10,185 nucleotides of DNA from NCBI GenBank assembly GCA_046726415.1, contig JBKPAK010000037.1, forward strand, positions 1 through 10,185, given 5' to 3'. Shown in pieces: positions 1 to 5,292 of this stretch. The DNA is from Candidatus Methylomirabilota bacterium (GTDB lineage: Bacteria > Methylomirabilota > Methylomirabilia > Rokubacteriales > CSP1-6). A program made the position numbers and the translations under genes. The notes beneath the pieces were generated by a model. That model was not told the DNA's origin. It saw nothing but the letters and a program-made list of their open reading frames with translations, and did not search any database. Numbering within the stretch: position 1 is the stretch's first letter; every line of letters begins with the position of its first letter.

Positions 1-276
1 GGTGATGCGATCGGCGGCATCAATCGTGCCCTCAGCGGCGTTCGTCGCGAGGCGCCCCACGTCGCCTCCGATCTCCTCCGCCGCACGGATGGAACCGCGG
101 ACCGCACTGACGGCGACGGCCCCGACCTCCGCCCCGACATCGCGGGCGCCGTTGAGCGCAGTCACGACAGTATCGCGCACAAGGTTCACGACTCCGGTGG
201 CAACACCGGTTGCGTTCGCCCGCGCGGGCGTCCGTGGCTTCGGTGACTCGGATGCCGTCTGTCTCTTCTTTGCCAT
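1..276 (-). CDS. Uncharacterised 22-aa-repeat protein (3' end outside window); paralog of 577..1326
   Basis: Not in the ORF track. Manual translation from ATG at 276 (G-rich SD GGGGGG upstream): MAKKRQTASESPKPRTPARANATGVATGVVNLVRDTVVTALNGARDVGAEVGAVAVSAVRGSIRAAEEIGGDVGRLATNAAEGTIDAADRIT..., open to the window edge. 29/46 identity to the 577..1326 product over TGVVNL..IGGD. Confidence 0.85.
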   Translation of the reverse strand, partial: MAKKRQTASESPKPRTPARANATGVATGVVNLVRDTVVTALNGARDVGAEVGAVAVSAVRGSIRAAEEIGGDVGRLATNAAEGTIDAADRIT

Positions 277-576
277 GACTGCCCCCCTTTGCGCGGCGCC
301 TCCGCCTCGAACGTCGCGGCAAGCTTAGCCAATTGCCGCAGGCGCGTCAACGCGCGCGGCCGGAGACGGCGCATCCCAACGCCCACGGGTGGAACTCCCT
401 GACCCGAGTGCGTACCTCCGCGCATACGTAGCCGCCCCGTAATGTGTCTCTCGATATCCTCCCGTTACGCGTTCGGCCGCCGGCCCCCGGACGCGGCCAG
501 GTCGCCGGGCGAGGGACCAACTGGGACCCGCGCATTGCCAAGACCCGCAACACTCAGCCGCTCCAAGGAGGTCGCG

Positions 577-1326
577 ATGGCACAGGTACGGAAGCGCAGG
601 GCTAGGCAGGGGACCAAGCGAGTGGCCCGTGCCGCCCCCGCCCATCGGAACGCCAACCGCATGGAGCGGGGTGTTCGCACCACGATCACGGCTGGTGAGA
701 TCATCACCACGGGGGTCGTCAACCTCGTGCGCACCACGCTGGTCTCCTCAGTCGCCGGCGTGCGCGACGTGGGCGGCGAGATCGAGGTCACCGCCATCAG
801 CGCGGTTCGGAGCGCGATCAGGGCGGGGACCGAGATCGGCGGCGATCTCGATGCGGTGGTCAAGCAGGCGCTGAAGGGGACAGTGCAAGCCACCACGCAG
901 ATCGGCGGCGATGTCGGCAGCGTGGTCCACGCCGGCGCCCGGGGGGCAGTCCGCACCGCGGAGCAACTCGGAGAAAACGTCGGCACGGTGGCGCGACGCG
1001 CCGTCGAGGGGACCGTCGAAGCGGCTCGCGAAATCGGTGGCGATGTCATGAGCTTGGCCCAGAACGCCGCCGAGGGAGCGGTCGAGGCCGCCGATCGGAT
1101 CTCCACAGCGGCCGGCCGCACGGTACGCGACACCCTCTCCGGGAGCATCGCCGGAATTCGCGGTCTCGCGCGCGAGGGGGCGGAAGGGCGAGGGCGGTCC
1201 GCGGCGCCCCACCTCAAGCGACAGAGAGTCGTCGGGACCACCCGGCGACGAGGCGCGGCTCGGGCTCGCGCATCCCGCCGCAAGGGGACGACGCAACGCC
1301 CGGCCTCATCGTCTCGAGAATCGTAG
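577..1326 (+). CDS. Uncharacterised 249-aa protein with about seven 22-aa amphipathic repeats and Arg/Lys-rich termini
   Basis: Strong SD AAGGAGGT before ATG 577, in frame with ORF 442..1326. Repeats end in VGGE/IGGD/IGGD/LGEN/IGGD at an exact 22-residue period. Confidence 0.88.
   Translation: MAQVRKRRARQGTKRVARAAPAHRNANRMERGVRTTITAGEIITTGVVNLVRTTLVSSVAGVRDVGGEIEVTAISAVRSAIRAGTEIGGDLDAVVKQALKGTVQATTQIGGDVGSVVHAGARGAVRTAEQLGENVGTVARRAVEGTVEAAREIGGDVMSLAQNAAEGAVEAADRISTAAGRTVRDTLSGSIAGIRGLAREGAEGRGRSAAPHLKRQRVVGTTRRRGAARARASRRKGTTQRPASSSRES
715..1176 (+). repeat. Coding tandem repeat, 66-bp (22-aa) period, about 7 diverged units
   Basis: VVNLVRTTLVSSVAGVRDVGGE / IEVTAISAVRSAIRAGTEIGGD / LDAVVKQALKGTVQATTQIGGD / VGSVVHAGARGAVRTAEQLGEN / VGTVARRAVEGTVEAAREIGGD / VMSLAQNAAEGAVEAADRISTA / AGRTVRDTLSGSIAGIRGLARE. 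Confidence 0.85.
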
Positions 1327-1382
1327 GATCTCGCGATGACCCCGGCCGCGCCCGAGGAACGACCACGAGTTGGAGCCAATGC

Positions 1383-1533
1383 ATGAAGCTCGTTCTGATA
1401 TCCGACACGCATCTGACGCCCCGCGCGGCGGCATACCGCGACAACTGGTACATCGTGGCCGCCTGGATCGAGGCGATTGCTCCGGATCTTGTCGTCCATC
1501 TCGGAGATATCACCGCCGACGGCGCGCACGATA
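1383..1533 (+). pseudogene. Calcineurin-like metallophosphoesterase (Icc/CpdA-like), N-terminal ~50 aa only
   Basis: GGAG SD, then MKLVLISDTHL (DxH motif) and PDLVVHLGDITADG (GDxxD-like motif). GNHD and later motifs are absent, and the frame runs into the antisense of pstA. Confidence 0.8.
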
Positions 1534-1822
1534 TCCCGATCCCGACCATCACGATCGTCCCCAGCAGGGCATTGCCGAAGCCCCCGCCCATCTCGAACCC
1601 GGCCGGCGGAAGCTCGGTGAAGATCTCCCAGTGGAGCCGTGATCCTCCCCGCACGATGAGCATGTACAGCACCGAGATCAGGGGGATGGCGGCAATGATC
1701 GCGGCGATCCAGGCACCCGTAGTCAGCAGCAGGCTCTTCAAAGCCCGCGGCTCGAACGCAGACCGTCGAAGACTGGGAAGCGCGAGCGTTGCCGGCGCCA
1801 CCGCGACGTCCCGCTCGCTCAT
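1534..1822 (-). pseudogene. pstA: Phosphate ABC transporter permease PstA, 3'-truncated (~96 aa)
   Basis: ATGA overlap with the pstC stop. Sequence IPLISVLYMLIVRGG...ELPP...GGGFGNALLGTIVMVGIG matches the PstA N-terminus, and similarity stops abruptly near 1534. Confidence 0.85.
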
Positions 1823-2820
1823 TTCCCCCTCGCCTCCTTCGAAGCCAGAGCCATGATCGCTTCGCCGATGATGTTGACCAGGAGGGTGATGGCGAGCAGC
1901 ACGAGCGCGGCGTACATCAGCACCTGCACCTGGCGTGACCCGGCCTCGGGGAAGTTCAGGGCCAGCAGAGCGGCCAGGGTATTAGCGGGCGAGAAAAGCG
2001 ACAACGTCATCTGGTTCGAGTTGCCGATCAGCATGGCCAGGGCCATGGTCTCGCCGAGCGCCCGGCCGAATCCGAGCACGAGGGCGCCGAAGATCCCGGT
2101 GGCGGCGGTGGGGAGCATCACGCGGAGGATCGCCTCCCACCGTGTGGTCCCCATGCCGTAGGCCGCCTCCTTCACTTTGTAGGGAACCAGCCGCAGGGCA
2201 TCCTGAGACACGGCGGCGACGGTGGGCAGAACCATGATGCCCAGCACCAGGGCCGCCGGGGCCAGGCCAGGTCCACTGAGCGTCGTGCCGAAGAACGGGA
2301 TCCAGGCCAGTCGGCCGTACAGCCAATCCGCGACGGGCCGCATCGCCGGCACCACCACGAACAGCCCCCACAGTCCGTACACCACGCTGGGGATGGCGGC
2401 CAGCAACTCCACGATGGTTCGGAAGACCTGGGCCAATCGGGGCGGCAGGAAGTCCTGAGTGAGAAAGATGGCCATGACCACGCCGAAGAAGCCACCGACC
2501 AACAATGCCAGGAAAGAACTATAGAGAGTTCCCCAGATCTCCGGCAGGATCCCGTACAGGTTCTTGTTCGTGTCCCACGTGGTCGACGTCAGAAAACCCA
2601 GGCCGAATTCCCGGATGCCTGGCCACGCCTTGCCGGCGATCTCCCAGAGGATGAGGGCCACCAGAAGGAGGATGACCCACACCCCCGCCTGGGCGAGGGC
2701 GCGGAACGCGCGGTCGGCGACGTAGTCCCAGGCAGACGGCGGGCCCGACACCGATCGCCCTTGAGCGAGAGGGTCGAGCTCACCCGCCCTCATGGTCGCG
2801 GAACCGCCGCCGCGAGCCAT
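1819..2820 (-). CDS. pstC: Phosphate ABC transporter permease PstC
   Basis: Motifs IWGTLYSS, VELLAAIPSVVYGLWG, EAA loop KEAAYGMGTTRWEAI and GRALGETMA. Start abuts the pstS stop (TAG-ATG); alternative ATG at 2793. Confidence 0.95.
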   Translation of the reverse strand: MARGGGSATMRAGELDPLAQGRSVSGPPSAWDYVADRAFRALAQAGVWVILLLVALILWEIAGKAWPGIREFGLGFLTSTTWDTNKNLYGILPEIWGTLYSSFLALLVGGFFGVVMAIFLTQDFLPPRLAQVFRTIVELLAAIPSVVYGLWGLFVVVPAMRPVADWLYGRLAWIPFFGTTLSGPGLAPAALVLGIMVLPTVAAVSQDALRLVPYKVKEAAYGMGTTRWEAILRVMLPTAATGIFGALVLGFGRALGETMALAMLIGNSNQMTLSLFSPANTLAALLALNFPEAGSRQVQVLMYAALVLLAITLLVNIIGEAIMALASKEARGK

Positions 2821-3854
2821 CTACTGGATGCTGCTCGAGGCCTTCCGGACGGCAGCCACCACGTCCGCCGGGAGCGGGATGTAGCCCATCTGCTCGCTCA
2901 TCTTCTGGCCTTCGGCCAGGCAGTAGTCGACCAGCTCGCGCAAGGCGGCCGCCTTCTTCGGGTCCTTGTTGTCCTTGTAGAAGAGCATCCACGTGTAGGT
3001 CGCGATCGGGTAAGACCCCGCGCCCTCCGGATCCGTGATCCATGCGCGGAGATCGGCGGGCAGCTTCACGCTGGCGAGCGCTTCGGCCCCGCCGTGGCCA
3101 CCCGGCCCGACGTATTGCCCGGCCTTGTTCTGGAGGAGTGCCATCTCGATCTTCGAGAACTTCGCGAACGCGTACTCGATGTAGCCGATGGAGCCGGGGG
3201 TCTGCTTGATCGTCGCGGTCACCCCGTCGTTCTTCGGCGAGGCCACGAACTTGTCGCTCTTGGGCCAGTTGACGGTGGTGCCCGCCCCGGGGCCCTTCTT
3301 CCACCCTCGCTGATGGCGCTGAGATGCTGGGTGAAGACGAACGTCGTCCCGCTGGCGTCGGCGCGGCGCACCACGGTGATGTCGCTATCGGGAAGGTTGA
3401 TCCCGGGGTTGGCCGCCTTCAGCTTGGGGTCGCTCCATTTGGTGATCTTGCCTAGGAAGATGGCGACGTAAACGTCCCGGGGGAGCTTGAGGCCCTTGGG
3501 GTTGCCGGGGAGGTTGTAGCCGAGGACGATCTCTCCGGCGGTCATCGGGAGGAGCTGCACGCCACCCGGGACCTTGGCCATGTCGGCATCGGTCATGGCC
3601 GCGTCACTCGCGGCGAAATCGACGGTCCGATTGATGAAGTCCTGGATGCCCGCGCCGCTGCCCTTCGCCTGGTAGTCGACGGTGACGCTCTTGTGCTCGC
3701 TGCTGAACGCCTTGAACCACGCCGAGTAGAGAGGGAAGGGAAAGCTCGCCCCCGATCCGGTGAGCCGCATGCGGTCCTGCGCGAAGGTCGGCGTCGTGAC
3801 CAGCACGGCGAAGCCGAAGCCAAGAGTCAGTGGCGCGCTCAATCGATGCTTCAC
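2821..3854 (-). pseudogene. pstS: Phosphate ABC transporter substrate-binding protein PstS with a 1-bp frameshift near 3304-3305 (real lesion or sequence error)
   Basis: GGAGGT SD, GTG start, signal peptide, GSGASFP, GSGAG, DFAASD, RADASGTT. After AISE the sequence continues in another frame as WKKGPGAGTTVNWPKSDKFVASPKNDGV...GSIGYIEY...SYPIATYTW...GYIPLP. Confidence 0.92.
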
Positions 3855-3916
3855 CCGAGGACCTCCGTCTGTGGCGATATCGAGGCTGTGGTCGGAAAGG
3901 ACCTACTCGTGCCGCC

Positions 3917-3972
3917 ATAGTAGGCGGGCTGACGTTACGTAATCGACACAAGATCGCGTCGAACGCGTTACG
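3917..3972 (-). promoter_or_regulatory. Putative PhoB-type promoter of the pst operon
   Basis: On the minus strand CGTAACG occurs at 3972-3966 and 3939-3933 (33 nt = 3x11 apart), followed 10 nt later by the -10-like TACTAT (3922-3917), 63 nt upstream of pstS. Confidence 0.45.
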
Positions 3973-4085
3973 CGTCGGTCGGCCGATCAATGCCGCCGGC
4001 GGAGGAGGCCGAAGAGGCGCGACACAGCTCTTCAGGACGCTTCGAAAGTGGCCGCGGCCCGCCTCTCCGGGGAGAAGGATCCGCG

Positions 4086-4481
4086 TCAGTCTGTGTCGGC
4101 GTCCATCCTACTGGTCTCGAGCGGACGCCCGTACCGTTCGATCCGAGCCTGGCACCCGACACACGTCTCGACTTCAGGCAGTGCCCGCAGCCTGGCCACC
4201 GCAATCGGCTGACCGCACTCCCGGCAGACTCCGTACTCACCGCTGCTTAGTCGGGTCAGGGCCGCCGTGATCTGGTTGACGCGGTTGACCAGAAGCTCTC
4301 GCGTCCCGAATCGGACCTCGCGCTCCTCGCGCGCTACCATCTCGTCACTTTCGTCGGCGAAGGGCGTGTTGCTCCCGGTCGGACCACAGAGCTCATCCAC
4401 GTCCACGGCTGATCTCATCTGGCGAAGGCGACTCATCGTCAGGGCCAAATCGTCCTCCAAGCGCTTTCGCATTTCTCTCAT
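4086..4481 (-). CDS. DksA/TraR family C4-type zinc finger protein (131 aa)
   Basis: AGGAG SD before ATG 4481. Coiled coil with acidic tip FADESDE, then ALTRLSSGEYGVCRECGQPIAVARLRALPEVETCVGCQ (CxxC-x17-CxxC). Confidence 0.92.
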   Translation of the reverse strand: MREMRKRLEDDLALTMSRLRQMRSAVDVDELCGPTGSNTPFADESDEMVAREEREVRFGTRELLVNRVNQITAALTRLSSGEYGVCRECGQPIAVARLRALPEVETCVGCQARIERYGRPLETSRMDADTD

Positions 4482-4597
4482 CGACCGTCTCCTGTCTTTG
4501 TGTCCTCGCCCCGGTCGGCGCCTTGCAGACCGACGTTGGCGTCGCGAGGACGGGCGACCCGCCCTCGCGCTCATCAGGACGTCGATGCGGCGTCGAG

Positions 4598-4671
4598 CGT
4601 TTACCCCAACGTTTCACTTCATCGGCCCCCCGTTTACCGCCACATTCCTCTTCATCGGCCCGGCGTTTATC
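4598..4671. repeat. Intergenic 33-bp tandem repeat (about 2.25 units)
   Basis: cgtttacc-ccaacgtttca-cttcatcggccccc (4598), cgtttacc-gccacattcct-cttcatcggcccgg (4631), cgtttatc (4664). Confidence 0.85.
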
Positions 4672-4775
4672 CTGACCCGCGAAAAACCCAGCAGCCCGGA
4701 GCGAGGTCCGGCAGAGTATGTCGATGTGGGCTCGGAGGCCTACCGGGCGGTTGCCGCGTACACGGAGGACGGATC

Positions 4776-5171
4776 ATGTCTCACATCGAAAAGTTCTGCG
4801 CACCAGGCGTCTACGACCCCCCTGGTTACAGCCAGGGCATCAAGGTCACCGGGGTCCACACCATCCTCTTTCTCGCTGGCCAGGTTCCATACGATGAGCA
4901 TGGCGGCGTGAACCATCGCGGCAACTTCAAAGGACAAGCCCGGCAGGTGTTCGGGGCGGTCGAGGCGCTCGTGAAAGCCGGCGGCGGCACCCTCGCCGAC
5001 GTCGTCAAGATCACCACGTACGTGACCGACGTGCGTTATCGCGCCGACTTTCGTGCGGTTCGAGAAGAGTTCTTCGGTGCCAAGGGCCCCGCGTCCACGA
5101 TGGTCGAGGTCCGCTCGCTCTCACACCCCGACTATCTGATCGAGGTAGAAGCGATCGCGGTCGTTGGGTGA
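4776..5171 (+). CDS. RidA/YjgF/YER057c/UK114 (Rid) family protein, Arg105-less type (131 aa)
   Basis: GGAGG SD before ATG 4776. Motifs YSQG, LFLAGQV, LADVVKITTYV, PAST and LIEVEAIA. Confidence 0.93.
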   Translation: MSHIEKFCAPGVYDPPGYSQGIKVTGVHTILFLAGQVPYDEHGGVNHRGNFKGQARQVFGAVEALVKAGGGTLADVVKITTYVTDVRYRADFRAVREEFFGAKGPASTMVEVRSLSHPDYLIEVEAIAVVG

Positions 5172-5236
5172 GATGGCGGACCCCTCGATGGCCTTGGGGG
5201 CCCCTGGCCTGAGCCCAAGCCCAAGCCTGGTGCTTG

Positions 5237-5292
5237 CGGATCAGCTCGCTCAGGCGCTCGCGCGAGCCCGGATCAGCTCGCTCAGGCGTTCG
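5237..5292. repeat. 24-bp direct repeat (1 mismatch, 32-bp period) overlapping the Mo-hydroxylase stop codon
   Basis: cggatcagctcgctcaggcgctcg (5237-5260) versus cggatcagctcgctcaggcgttcg (5269-5292). Confidence 0.9.

Noticed and set aside
522-538. sigma54 promoter before the 249-aa gene (TGGGACCCGCGCATTGC)
   Set aside because: GG-to-GC spacing is 11 nt, and sigma54 requires 10.
1214-1856. Genuine PstA or phosphoesterase fusion proteins (202-aa and 157-aa ORFs)
   Set aside because: Each tail is simply the antisense reading of the other truncated gene.
4540-4630. Fluoride riboswitch or hammerhead ribozyme (minus strand GATGAAG..TAAACGC..CTGATGAG)
   Set aside because: No pseudoknot complement follows UGAUG as the fluoride riboswitch needs, and no GAAA follows the stem as a hammerhead needs.
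4619-4670. sigma28 promoter (TAAA...GCCGATGA on the minus strand)
   Set aside because: The spacer is 6 nt rather than the required ~15.
4598-4671. Mini-CRISPR interpretation of the 33-bp repeats
   Set aside because: Variable parts are only 11 nt and partly similar to each other, there are barely more than two units, and no cas genes are present.
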